Shown: one piece after another, positions 1-11,900 of the stretch
How the letters are laid out: each line of letters starts with the position of its first letter
How positions within the stretch are numbered: position 1 is the first letter of the stretch
Assembly (NCBI GenBank): GCA_965261735.1
Contig: OZ253470.1
Location: 4,672,001-4,736,000, forward strand
Length of the DNA stretch: 64,000 nucleotides
Reading direction: 5' to 3'
Origin: Alphaproteobacteria bacterium
Lineage (GTDB): Bacteria > Pseudomonadota > Alphaproteobacteria > SHVV01
Position numbers and translations under genes: made by a program
Notes under the pieces: model-generated
Seen by the model: only the letters and a program-made list of their open reading frames with translations
Databases searched by the model: none
What the model was told of the DNA's origin: nothing

Positions 1-35
1 ACACCCACGGCCAGTGGGCCAGTATCGGGCATTGA

Positions 36-62
36 TTGGCACTCATTGAGTGAGAGTGCTAA
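36..62 (+). promoter_or_regulatory. CIRCE operator (HrcA binding site)
   Basis: TTGGCACTC-N9-GAGTGCTAA, one mismatch to TTAGCACTC-N9-GAGTGCTAA, 38 nt upstream of the groES start. Confidence 0.93.
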
Positions 63-100
63 CAACCAATGCCACTCTTCGCATGGAGGAGATCGCTGCG

Positions 101-2073
<1,973 letters not shown>

Positions 2074-2087
2074 TTCGGGCAACCGTT

Positions 2088-2128
2088 CGGCGATGCCAGG
2101 CCGCGGCGCGCGCGGCTCGGCATCGCCG
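2088..2128. terminator. GC-rich stem-loop after groEL (terminator or mRNA stabiliser)
   Basis: CGGCGATGCC (2088-2097) pairs with GGCATCGCCG (2119-2128) with further inner pairing; no U-tract. Confidence 0.5.
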
Positions 2129-2214
2129 GCAGCGGCCACGGCGGCCGCGGGCACGAACTACCGGAGGGGCGGCGCGCAGAACGCCGCAGGGAAGCAGACC
2201 GAGGGCAGCTCGCC

Positions 2215-3159
2215 ATGGATGTACTGATCGATGTCGCGGGCCTGACCAAGCGCTTCGGCCCGCTCACGGCCGTCGACGACGTTACCTTCACCGTCGCGCG
2301 CGGCGAGGTGCTCGGCTTTCTCGGGCCGAATGGAGCCGGGAAATCGACGACCATGAAGATGATCACGGGCTTCTTGCCACCGAGCGCCGGCAAGGTGGCC
2401 GTGTGCGGCCTGGACGTCGCGGCCCAACCCATCCAGGTCAAGCGCCGCATCGGCTACTTGCCCGAGGGCGCCCCCCTCTATGGCGACATGACGCCGCGCG
2501 ACCTCCTCGGTTTCCTCGCCGAGGTCAGGGGCTATGGCGGCCAGGAGCGGCGCCGCCGCGTCGACGAGGCCGTCGCCAAGCTCAATATCGAGGGCGTGCT
2601 GTATCAGCCGATCGAGACACTCTCGAAGGGCTACAAGCGCCGCGTCGGTCTCGCTCAGGCACTGCTGCACGATCCCGACGTCCTGATTCTCGATGAACCC
2701 ACCGACGGACTCGACCCCAACCAGAAGCACGAGGTGAGGACGCTGCTCGCCGAGATGGCCGGCGACAAGGCGATCATCATCTCGACCCATATTCTCGAGG
2801 AGGTCGACGCAGTGTGTAGCCGCGCGATCATCATCGCCCGCGGTCGTATCGTCGTCGACGAGACGCCGGCCGAGCTGCGCGCCCGCTCGGACTATCACCA
2901 CGCGGTCAGGGTCGTGCTCAAGAGCGAGCAAGCGCCCGGCGCGCAACAGGAGCTGGAGCGTCTTGGCTCGGTGGGGCGTGTCGAGGCCGATAGCCAGCTC
3001 GACGGCCGCACGGCGCTTCTCGCCCTATCGGAAGCGGGCCGGGACATTTCAGACGAGGTCAGGGCGACGTTGGCGAAAGCCTCGGTACCGTACGACGAAC
3101 TGCGCATCGAATCGGGCCATCTCGACGATGTCTTCCGCCGCATAACGTTGGCCGGCTGA
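2215..3159 (+). CDS. ABC-2 type exporter ATP-binding protein (GldA-like)
   Basis: GPNGAGKST Walker A, LSKGYKRR signature, ILDEPT Walker B. Confidence 0.9.
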   Translation: MDVLIDVAGLTKRFGPLTAVDDVTFTVARGEVLGFLGPNGAGKSTTMKMITGFLPPSAGKVAVCGLDVAAQPIQVKRRIGYLPEGAPLYGDMTPRDLLGFLAEVRGYGGQERRRRVDEAVAKLNIEGVLYQPIETLSKGYKRRVGLAQALLHDPDVLILDEPTDGLDPNQKHEVRTLLAEMAGDKAIIISTHILEEVDAVCSRAIIIARGRIVVDETPAELRARSDYHHAVRVVLKSEQAPGAQQELERLGSVGRVEADSQLDGRTALLALSEAGRDISDEVRATLAKASVPYDELRIESGHLDDVFRRITLAG

Positions 3160-3164
3160 CAACG

Positions 3165-3908
3165 GTGCTCGGAATGGCACAGACATGGGTCATCGCCAAA
3201 CGTGAGCTGCGGAGCTACTTCTCGACCCCGCTCGCGTACGTCTTTATCGTCATCTTTCTCGCCGCGGTCGGCGCCTTCACCTTCTACATCGGCGCCTTCT
3301 TCGAGCGCGGGCAGGCCGATCTGACTCCGTTCTTCACGTTTCAGCCGTGGCTCTACCTGATCCTCATCCCCGCTATCGCCATGCGGATGTGGGCCGAGGA
3401 GCGCAAAACCGGGACCATCGAGCTCCTGATGACGCTGCCGGTGTCGACCTTCGAGGCCGTGCTCGGTAAGTTCCTCGCGGCCTGGTTCGTGACCGCCATC
3501 GCGCTCGCCATGACGTTCCCGATCTGGATCTCGGTCAACCTGCTCGGCGATCCCGACAACGGTCTCATCGTCGCGAGCTATCTCGGCAGCTGGTTGATGG
3601 CGGGGGCCATTCTTGCGGTTGCCGCCTGCGTGTCGGCGCTCAACAAGAACCAGGTCATCGCCTTCATCGTCGGGGCCGCGGTGTGCTTCCTGTTCCTGAT
3701 GAGCGGAGTCGACCTCGTGCTCGGCGCCTTTCGCGCCTGGGCGCCCGACTTCGTCATCGAGCTGATCGCGTCGTTGAGCTTCCTCACCCATTTCGTCGCC
3801 ATTACTCAGGGCGTCGTCGACGTTCGCGATGTTATCTACTTCGTTTCGCTGATGGTCGCCGCGGTCTACGTCAACACCGTGATCGTCGACCTCAAGAAAG
3901 CGGCTTGA
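3165..3908 (+). CDS. ABC-2 type permease (GldF-like)
   Basis: KRELRSYFSTPLAYVF, MRMWAEERKTGTIELLMTLP; several hydrophobic segments. Confidence 0.88.
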   Translation: MLGMAQTWVIAKRELRSYFSTPLAYVFIVIFLAAVGAFTFYIGAFFERGQADLTPFFTFQPWLYLILIPAIAMRMWAEERKTGTIELLMTLPVSTFEAVLGKFLAAWFVTAIALAMTFPIWISVNLLGDPDNGLIVASYLGSWLMAGAILAVAACVSALNKNQVIAFIVGAAVCFLFLMSGVDLVLGAFRAWAPDFVIELIASLSFLTHFVAITQGVVDVRDVIYFVSLMVAAVYVNTVIVDLKKAA

Positions 3909-3911
3909 GAC

Positions 3912-5867
3912 ATGGCTGAGCGCGGCATGAATCTCGATCGCAGGGCCCTCGGCATCGGCACCATCGCGCTCGCCATCGTGCTGTTCCTGTCGGTCAACGT
4001 GTTCTCGACCGCGGTGTTTCGGACGGCGCAGCTCGATCTCACCGAGGAGGGGTTGTTCACGCTGTCGCCCGGAACCCACGAGATCCTGCAGTCGATCGAC
4101 GAGCCGATCACGCTTCGCCTCTACCTCTCCGAGCAGCTGCGTCAGGCCGACCCGACCTTTGCGCGCTACGCGACGCGGGTACAGGAGCTGCTCGAACAAT
4201 ACGAGCGCATCGCCGGCGGCCGGTTGATCCTCCAGCTCTTCAATCCCGAACCCTTCACGCAGGAGGAGGACCGCGCCGTGGGCTTCGGCCTGCGCGGCGT
4301 GCCGGTCAACGAGGTCGGTGATCTCGTTTATTTCGGTCTGGTCGGTACCAACAGCACCGACGACCAGGACGCGATCGTCTTTTTCTCACCGGAGCGCGAG
4401 CCTTTCCTCGAGTATGATCTCACGCGCCTCGTCTACAACCTGGCGAATCCGGAAAAGAAGGTGCTCGGCCTGCTCACGCCGCTGCCGCTGTCGGCCGATC
4501 CGGCCAAGCAGTACCAGCCGTGGGTCATCTATCAGCAGATGGAGCAGTTCTTCGACGTCCGTACGCTGGATTCCAAGCGACGCGAGATTCCGGAGGACGT
4601 GGACGTCTTGATGGTGGCCCAGCCCGGCGAGCTCCCCGGCGATACCCTCTACGCCATCGATCAGTACGTGATGCGCGGCGGCCGGACGCTGATCTTTGCC
4701 GATCCCCACTTCGAGGGCCAGCCCCGCGCCAACCCGATGATGCCGTCGCCGCCGTCGAACCATGGTCTCGACAAGCTGTTCGCCGGCTGGGGTATCGAGC
4801 AGCCGGCGAACCAAATCGTCGGCGACCGGCTGTCGGCGCTCAGGGTCACGGCCCAGGTCGGCAGCCGTAACGTGGTCGCCGACTATCTGCCGTGGCTGTC
4901 GCTGGGCCCGGAGCACTTCGCCGGGGACGATGTCGTGACCGGCCAGATCGCGCTCCTCAACATGATGAGCGCGGGCAGCTTCGATGAGGTCGATGGGAGC
5001 TCGAGCGGGCTCGCGCCGCTGGTCACCTCGAGCGTCGAATCCATGCGGGTCAACGCCGAAAAGGTGAGGTACGCCCCCAATCCGATCCGCCTGCTCGAGG
5101 AATTCAAATCGGGCGGCAAGAAACTCGTCCTGGCAGCCCGCCTCAACGGCACCCTGGCGAGCGCGTTCGTCGACGGTCCGCCGCCCACGGAAGCCAAGCA
5201 GGACGGGACCGAGGCCAAGCCGGCGGCGCAGGCGAGCGACTCCGATGCCACGGATAAGGCCGAAGAGGCGCCGCGCGCGCCCCACCTGGCCGCCGCCGAG
5301 GGTCCGACGCACGTCATCGTCGTCGGCGACGTCGACATGCTAACCGACCAAGCCTGGGTCAGGACGCAGGATTTTCTCGGCCAGCGGCTGTCGGTGCCGA
5401 TCGCCAGCAACGCGAGCTTCGTGCTCAATGCGCTCGATAATCTCGCTGGCGACAGCGCCGTTATCGGTCTTCGCAGCCGCGGGCTTTCGGTCCGCCCCTT
5501 CGAGCTCGTCGACAGCATCCGTCGCGAGGCCGAGCTCAAATTCAGGTCCAAGGAGCAGGAGCTCGAAGCCAAGCTGAGCGATGTCGAGAAGAAGATCAGC
5601 GACATCCAGACCGACGAGGAGGGCGGCGTCATTCTCACCGCCGAGCAGCGCGACGCGATCCAGGAGTTCCGCGCCGAAATGGTCGACATCCGGGGCCAGC
5701 TGCGCGACGTGCAGCACGCGCTGCGCAAGGACATCGAGGCCCTCGGCGCTTGGCTCCGGGTGATCAATATTGGTGCCATTCCGCTCCTGGTCGGGCTCAT
5801 CGCCATCGGTCTCGCCATCGTCCGCAGGGTTCGCTTCGGCCGCCACGTCCAGGCGCAGAGTGGTTGA
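3912..5867 (+). CDS. GldG-like ABC transporter auxiliary component
   Basis: N-terminal TM, LDLTEEGLFTLS, EYDLTRLVY, IDQYVMRGG, coiled coil and C-terminal TM. Confidence 0.85.
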   Translation: MAERGMNLDRRALGIGTIALAIVLFLSVNVFSTAVFRTAQLDLTEEGLFTLSPGTHEILQSIDEPITLRLYLSEQLRQADPTFARYATRVQELLEQYERIAGGRLILQLFNPEPFTQEEDRAVGFGLRGVPVNEVGDLVYFGLVGTNSTDDQDAIVFFSPEREPFLEYDLTRLVYNLANPEKKVLGLLTPLPLSADPAKQYQPWVIYQQMEQFFDVRTLDSKRREIPEDVDVLMVAQPGELPGDTLYAIDQYVMRGGRTLIFADPHFEGQPRANPMMPSPPSNHGLDKLFAGWGIEQPANQIVGDRLSALRVTAQVGSRNVVADYLPWLSLGPEHFAGDDVVTGQIALLNMMSAGSFDEVDGSSSGLAPLVTSSVESMRVNAEKVRYAPNPIRLLEEFKSGGKKLVLAARLNGTLASAFVDGPPPTEAKQDGTEAKPAAQASDSDATDKAEEAPRAPHLAAAEGPTHVIVVGDVDMLTDQAWVRTQDFLGQRLSVPIASNASFVLNALDNLAGDSAVIGLRSRGLSVRPFELVDSIRREAELKFRSKEQELEAKLSDVEKKISDIQTDEEGGVILTAEQRDAIQEFRAEMVDIRGQLRDVQHALRKDIEALGAWLRVINIGAIPLLVGLIAIGLAIVRRVRFGRHVQAQSG

Positions 5868-5897
5868 CAACGCTACCATCGGCAACGCCAGGTCTTG

Positions 5898-7019
5898 ATG
5901 ATGACACCGAGAAGCTTTTTCATTCTAACGGCGGTCACGGCCGTTGCCGTCCTCGCCGCCTCCGTCGCCGCGCTCGACAGGTCTCGGCCGGTCACCCTCG
6001 ATGCCGCCGGCGAATCACTGGTGCCGGGGCTCGACGCCAAGCTCGACCAGGTCGTGGCGGTCGAGGTCGCGGCCGGCGAGGAGAGGTTCACGGTAACCAA
6101 CACCGGGTCGGGATGGGCGCTCAAGGAGCGCGAGGACTACCCCGTCCCCGAGGACCGGGTTCGCGACCTGCTGGTCGGCCTCGCCGATCTCAAGCTCCTC
6201 GAGGCGAAGACCGCCCGCCCGGACCGGCACGCACGACTCGAACTCGAGAACCCGGCGGGCGAGGACGCGAAGTCGGTCGCGGTGACGCTGCGCAACGGGG
6301 CGGGCGATGCACTCGCCGGAACGGTCGTCGGCAAACGGCGCTACAGCGTGTATGCCGGTGGCAAGGGCGGCACCTACGTCCGCCGCGCGGACGAGACGCA
6401 AACTTGGCTCGCCGAGGGCGAGCTGAAGGTCGGCAAGACCCCGCGCGACTGGCTCGACCGGGAGGTGCTGCGGGTCGATGAAAAGCAAATCCAGCGCGTC
6501 GTCGTTCGCCAGCCCGACGGCACCGAGCTGACGGCCGGCAAGGAGACGCCGCTCGCTAACGACTTCGTCGTCGACGACATTCCCGAGGGGCGTAAGCTGA
6601 GCAGCGACACCGCCGGCAACCGCCTGCGCAACGCCTTCGCCTACGTTGACCTCGACGACGTTCGGCCAGCTGCCGGCCTCACCTTCCCCGAGCCGTACCA
6701 CCAGGCCCACATGACGACATTCGACGGCTTCGTCGTCACCGCCGAGATCGCGGAAATCGACGGCGAGAAATGGGCCCGCTTTACGGCCAGGGCTGAACCG
6801 ACGGGGGCCGCCGCGCAGCCGGCGGCTACCGAAGAGTCGGCCAAGGCCGAGGACGAGGGGACCGACGAAAGCAAGCCCCTGCCGCTGCCCGAGCGCGTCG
6901 CCGCGTTCAACAAGCGGACCGGGGGCTGGCTCTACCGCCTCGACGACTGGACGACCGAGACGATGAGCCTCGGCATGGAAGCCCTGCTCGAGCCGCTCGA
7001 GGGTAAGAAGGGTTCGTAA
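5898..7019 (+). CDS. DUF4340-like membrane-anchored protein
   Basis: N-terminal hydrophobic anchor; usual fourth gene of GldAFG-like operons. Confidence 0.7.
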   Translation: MMTPRSFFILTAVTAVAVLAASVAALDRSRPVTLDAAGESLVPGLDAKLDQVVAVEVAAGEERFTVTNTGSGWALKEREDYPVPEDRVRDLLVGLADLKLLEAKTARPDRHARLELENPAGEDAKSVAVTLRNGAGDALAGTVVGKRRYSVYAGGKGGTYVRRADETQTWLAEGELKVGKTPRDWLDREVLRVDEKQIQRVVVRQPDGTELTAGKETPLANDFVVDDIPEGRKLSSDTAGNRLRNAFAYVDLDDVRPAAGLTFPEPYHQAHMTTFDGFVVTAEIAEIDGEKWARFTARAEPTGAAAQPAATEESAKAEDEGTDESKPLPLPERVAAFNKRTGGWLYRLDDWTTETMSLGMEALLEPLEGKKGS

Positions 7020-7104
7020 CGAGCGGCACTCGCCGCGCTCACAGTCGTTCACCGCCGCGACACCGATTCACAGCTAGAGACGCCGCCTGCGCGACGTAGC
7101 GCCG

Positions 7105-7285
7105 TCTCGGGCTTCGTGCTAGGCTCGCTGGAGCCGAAGTGAGGGAAGCCGGTGGCGTCGTTCCGCGACCAGCCCGGCGCTGCCCCCGCAACTGTAAGTG
7201 GTGAGGTCTCGGCAACACAGCCACTGATGCTTTGGCATCGGGAAGGCGCCGGAACCGTTGACCCCGAGCCAGGAAACCTCGTCGG
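7105..7285 (+). ncRNA. Cobalamin (B12) riboswitch; boundaries approximate
   Basis: AGGGAA (7142), CCGGTG, CCGGCGCTGCCCCCGCAACTGT (7174-7195), GCCACTG (7220), GGGAAGGC (7240), B12 box GAGCCAGGAAACCT (7266-7279), directly upstream of cob genes. Confidence 0.93.
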
Positions 7286-7323
7286 CCGCCGGTCCACAGG
7301 AACCTCGGTGGGAGGACGTGTCC

Positions 7324-7866
7324 GTGGTTGAGCCGACCCGATTGCCTCCCGTCACGCTGATTCTCGGTGGCGCCCGTTCCGGTAAGAGCGATCACGCGGA
7401 GGCCCTGGTGGAGGGCCAGCCCGGCGACTGCGTCTATCTCGCTACGGCGCAGGCCGGCGATGCGGAGATGGCCGAGCGCATCGACCGCCACCGTGCCCGC
7501 CGCGGCGGGCGCTGGCGCGCCGTGGAGGTGCCCCTCGACCTCACCGGCGAACTCGGTCGGGAGGCCGGCCCCGGACGCGCGGTGCTCGTCGACTGTCTCA
7601 CCCTGTGGCTCGCCAACCTGATGGCCGCGGGCCGCTCGATCGATGGCGAGCGGGCCGCGCTAACCGACCTGCTGCCGCGGCTCGCCGGCCCCGTCGTGCT
7701 GGTGTCCAACGAGGTCGGCTTCGGCATCGTTCCCGATAACGCCCTGGCGCGCGCCTTTCGCGACCATGCCGGGCGCCTGCATCAGGCCATCGCGGAACTC
7801 GCCGAGTCGGTGATCTTCATGGTCGCAGGCCTGCCGCAGGCGCTTAAGTCTCCGGACGGCCGCTAA
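7324..7866 (+). CDS. cobU: Adenosylcobinamide kinase/adenosylcobinamide-phosphate guanylyltransferase (CobU/CobP)
   Basis: GGARSGKS, DCLTLWLAN, VSNEVGFGIVP; GTG start chosen 7 nt after GGAGGA. Confidence 0.93.
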   Translation: MVEPTRLPPVTLILGGARSGKSDHAEALVEGQPGDCVYLATAQAGDAEMAERIDRHRARRGGRWRAVEVPLDLTGELGREAGPGRAVLVDCLTLWLANLMAAGRSIDGERAALTDLLPRLAGPVVLVSNEVGFGIVPDNALARAFRDHAGRLHQAIAELAESVIFMVAGLPQALKSPDGR

Positions 7867-7868
7867 GG

Positions 7869-8903
7869 ATGTCGGCGGCCAAGATTCCGGTTACCGTCAT
7901 CACCGGCTTTCTCGGCGCCGGCAAGACGAGTCTAATCCAGCACCTGCTGCGGACGGCGGCCGGCCGCCGCTTGGCTCTGGTCATCAACGAATTCGGCGAT
8001 GTCGGGGTCGATGCCGAAATCCTCATGGGGTGCGGCCTGGAGTCGTGCGATCCGGGCAGCATCGTCGAGCTCGCCAACGGCTGCCTGTGCTGCACCGTGG
8101 CCGACGATTTTCTTCCGGTCATCGATGCCCTGCTGGGCCGCCCCGCTCCGCCCGAGCACATCGTGGTCGAAACCTCTGGGCTCGCGCTGCCCAAGCCTCT
8201 GGTCAAGGCCCTCGCATGGCCCGAGATCCGTAGCCGGATCACCGTGGACGGCGTCGTCACGGTGATCGACGGGGCCGCCGTGGCCGAGGGGCGGTTCGCG
8301 CCCGATCCCGAGGCGCTGGCCGCGCAGCGCGCCGCGGACCCGACGCTCGACCACGATAGTCCGCTCGAAGAGCTCTACGAGGATCAGCTCGCGTGCGCCG
8401 ACCTCGTGGTGCTCAATAAAGCCGATCTTCTCGATGCCGCGGCCCTGGCCGACCTCAGGCGCGCCATCGCGGCCGAGGTCAGCCCGGCGGTCAAGGTCGT
8501 GGCCACGCGGCACGGCGCCATCGCGGCCGGCGTGGCCCTCGGCCTCGGGGCGGCGGCCGAGGACGATCTCGAGCGTCGGCCCTCGCACCACGACAACGAG
8601 GACGACGACCACGGCCACGACGAGTTCGAGAGCTTCGCCGTCGAGTTCGGGCCGGTGGTCTCGCCGGCCGAGCTGATGGCGCGGCTCGCTCCCCTGATCG
8701 CTCGCCATGACATCCTGCGGGTCAAGGGATTCGCGGCCGTCGCCGGTAAGGGCATGCGCCTCGTCGTGCAGGGCGTGGGCGGGCGCCTGCAACATCACTA
8801 CGATCGCGACTGGACGAGCGGCGAGGCGCGCTGCGGACAGCTCGTGGTGATCGGCACCCGCGGCCTCGACGCCGCCGCCATCCGCGCAGCGATCGCGGCC
8901 TGA
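7869..8903 (+). CDS. cobW: COG0523 metallochaperone CobW
   Basis: TGFLGAGKT, NGCLCCT, ETSGLA, His/acid-rich segment; lies before cobN. Confidence 0.95.
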   Translation: MSAAKIPVTVITGFLGAGKTSLIQHLLRTAAGRRLALVINEFGDVGVDAEILMGCGLESCDPGSIVELANGCLCCTVADDFLPVIDALLGRPAPPEHIVVETSGLALPKPLVKALAWPEIRSRITVDGVVTVIDGAAVAEGRFAPDPEALAAQRAADPTLDHDSPLEELYEDQLACADLVVLNKADLLDAAALADLRRAIAAEVSPAVKVVATRHGAIAAGVALGLGAAAEDDLERRPSHHDNEDDDHGHDEFESFAVEFGPVVSPAELMARLAPLIARHDILRVKGFAAVAGKGMRLVVQGVGGRLQHHYDRDWTSGEARCGQLVVIGTRGLDAAAIRAAIAA

Positions 8904-8906
8904 CCC

Positions 8907-11900
8907 ATGCACCTGCTCGCCGCCCAGCCGGGCTTTATCAGCGATGGCGGTGGCGTGGTCGATCTCGCCCAAACCCCTGGGGATATCGTCATTCTCTCCG
9001 CCGCCGACACCGAGCTCGCCTGCCTCGCGGCGGCGCGGTCCAGGCTCGGCGAGTCCTTTCCCAGCGTCCGTCTCGCCAATGTCCTCCACCTGACCCACAA
9101 CCTGTCAGTCGACCTCTACGTCGACAGCGTCGTGCAGGGCGCCAGCCTGGTCATCGTGCGCCTGCTCGGCGGGGCCGGCTATTGGCCCTACGGCGTCGAG
9201 CAGCTGTGCGAGGCGTGCGACCGCCACGACGTCGCGCTCGCGCTCTTGCCGGGAGACGATCAGCCCGACGCCGAGCTCAAGGGGCTGAGCAACGTGCCCA
9301 GCGATGCCTATCATCGCCTGTGGCAATACTGCGTACATGGCGGGCCCGGCAACGCCGGGGGACTGCTCGCGTACGCGGCAAGCCTCGTCGGCCACGACGC
9401 GGACTGGCGGGAGCCGGTGCCGCTGCTGCGCGCGGGGCTCTACTGGCCGGGCTGCGATCGGCCGAGCCTCGATCGCGTGCGCGCCGAATGGTCCGCCGCG
9501 GCGCCCATCGCGGCGCTCGTTTTCTACCGCGCCCACTATCAGGCCGCCAACCTCGCGCCCGTCGACGCCTTGATTGAGGCCCTTCGCGATCATGGCCTCA
9601 ACCCGCTTCCCGTCTATGTCGGGAGCCTCAAAGATGCGCTCGCGGCCGAGATCCTGACCGCGCTGCTTGAAGAGGCGAAGCCGGACGTGGTGCTCAACAC
9701 GACGGGCTTTGCCGTCTCGAGCCCGGGCCGCGCACGCACCCCGACGCCGTTCGACGGCGCCGGCTGCCCGGTCATTCAGACGATCTTCTCGGGCGGCAAC
9801 GAGGCGGCATGGGAGGAGGGCAGTGCAGGCCTTTCGGCGCGTGACATCGCGATGAACATGGCCCTGCCCGAGGTCGACGGGCGCATCGTGGGGCGCGCGG
9901 TCTCGTTCAAGGCCGAGGCGCGCTACGACCGCGCGACCGAGATATCGCTCGGCGCCTACGCGGCGCGCGACGACCGGATCGCGTTCACCGCGGCGCTCGC
10001 CGCCAACTGGGCCCTTCTTGCGCGCACGCCGCCGTCCGAGCGCCGCGTCGCTCTCATCCTCGCCAACTACCCCAACCGCGACGGCCGGCTCGCCAACGGC
10101 GTTGGCCTCGATACCCCGGCCGGCACGATCAACGTCCTGCGGGCGCTGGCCGGCGCCGGCTATGGCGTGGGGCCCATCCCGGCCGATGGCAATGCGCTGA
10201 TCGAGCGGCTGCAGCAGGGCCCGACCAACGACCGGCGGCGCGCCCGCCACGGCGGCGCCGAGCTGTCCCTCGATGACTATCGCGCCTTCTTCGCCACCTT
10301 GCCCGAAAGCGCACGCCGCGCCGTGAGCGAGCGCTGGGGCGCGCCGGAGACGGACCCGTTCGTGACCGGCGACGCCTTTCATCTGGCGGTCCTCGAACTC
10401 AGCAACGTCATCGTCGGCATCCAGCCCGCGCGCGGCTACAACATCGATCCCCAGGCCACCTATCACGATGCCGCGCTGGTGCCGCCGCACGGCTACCTCG
10501 CCTTCTATGCGTGGCTGCGCGGCCCATTTTCGGCCCACGCGATCGTGCACATGGGCAAGCACGGCAACCTCGAATGGCTACCCGGCAAGTCGCTGGCGCT
10601 ATCCGCCGGCTGCTTCCCTGAGGCCGCGTTCGGGCCGCTGCCGCATCTTTACCCGTTCATCGTCAACGATCCGGGCGAGGGGACGCAGGCCAAGCGGCGC
10701 GCCCAGGCCGTCATCATCGATCATTTGACGCCGCCGCTGACGCGCGCCGAGTCCTACGGGCCGCTGAGCGACCTCGAGCACTTGATCGACGAGTACTACG
10801 AGGCGGCGGGGCTCGATCCCCGACGCCTCGGCGTATTGCGCGACGACATCCTCGACCTGACCCGCGCCATCGGGCTCGATCAGGACTGCGGCATCGCGCG
10901 CGCCGATGAGGACCAGGTCGCGCTCGCCAAGCTCGACAACTATCTATGCGAGATCAAAGAGTTGCAGATACGCGACGGGCTCCACATCTTCGGCGAAGCC
11001 CCGGCGGGGGCGCAGCTTGTCGATCTCCTCGTCGCCCTCACTCGCCTACCGCGCGAGGATGCGAAGGGCGCTAACGCCTCGCTCCTGCGCGCCCTCGCGA
11101 GCGACCTCGGGCTCGACCGTTTCGATCCGCTCGATTGCCCCATGGGCGCTCCGTGGACCGGCCCGCGACCCGAGGTGCTGGCGAGCGGCGTGGCGTGGCG
11201 GACGCAAGGCGACACGGTGGAGCGCCTCGAACATCTCGCGGGCGCGCTCGTGGCGGGCGAGGTCGAGGCGGCGCCCGCGTGGGCCGCGTCCCGCGCCGTC
11301 CTCGACGGGATCGAATCCAACCTGCGCCCGGCCGTGGAGGCCTGCGCGAGCGCCGAGATCGACGGCATGCTAACGGGCCTCGACGGCCGCTTCGTACCTC
11401 CGGGGCCGTCGGGGGCGCCGACCCGCGGGCGCCTCGACGTGCTGCCCACGGGCCGCAACTTCTACTCGATCGACACCCGCACGGTGCCGACGCCCACGGC
11501 CTGGCTCCTCGGCTGGAAGTCGGCGACCCTGCTGCTCGAGCGCTACCGCCAGGAGCACGGCGGCTGGCCCGCGTCGATGGCGCTCAGCGCCTGGGGCACC
11601 GCCAACATGCGCACCGGCGGTGACGACATCGCTCAGGCGCTGGCGCTGATGGGGGTGCGCCCGACCTGGGACGGCGCCTCGCGGCGGGTTACGGGCTTCG
11701 AGATCATGCCGCTCGGTGTGCTCGACCGCCCGCGCATCGACGTCACGCTGCGCGTGTCCGGCTTCTTCCGCGACGCGTTTCCGGCGCAGATCGACCTTTT
11801 CGATTCGGCCGTGCGCGCGGTCGCCGCGCTCGACGAGCCGCCCGCGGCCAATCCGTTGAGGGTGCGCGTTGCCGATGAAGCGGCGCGCCTCGTGGCGTCC

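Noticed and set aside
2215-7019. Gliding motility machinery
   Set aside because: Only GldAFG-like transporter homologs are present; these are widespread in non-gliding bacteria and no motor or T9SS genes are seen
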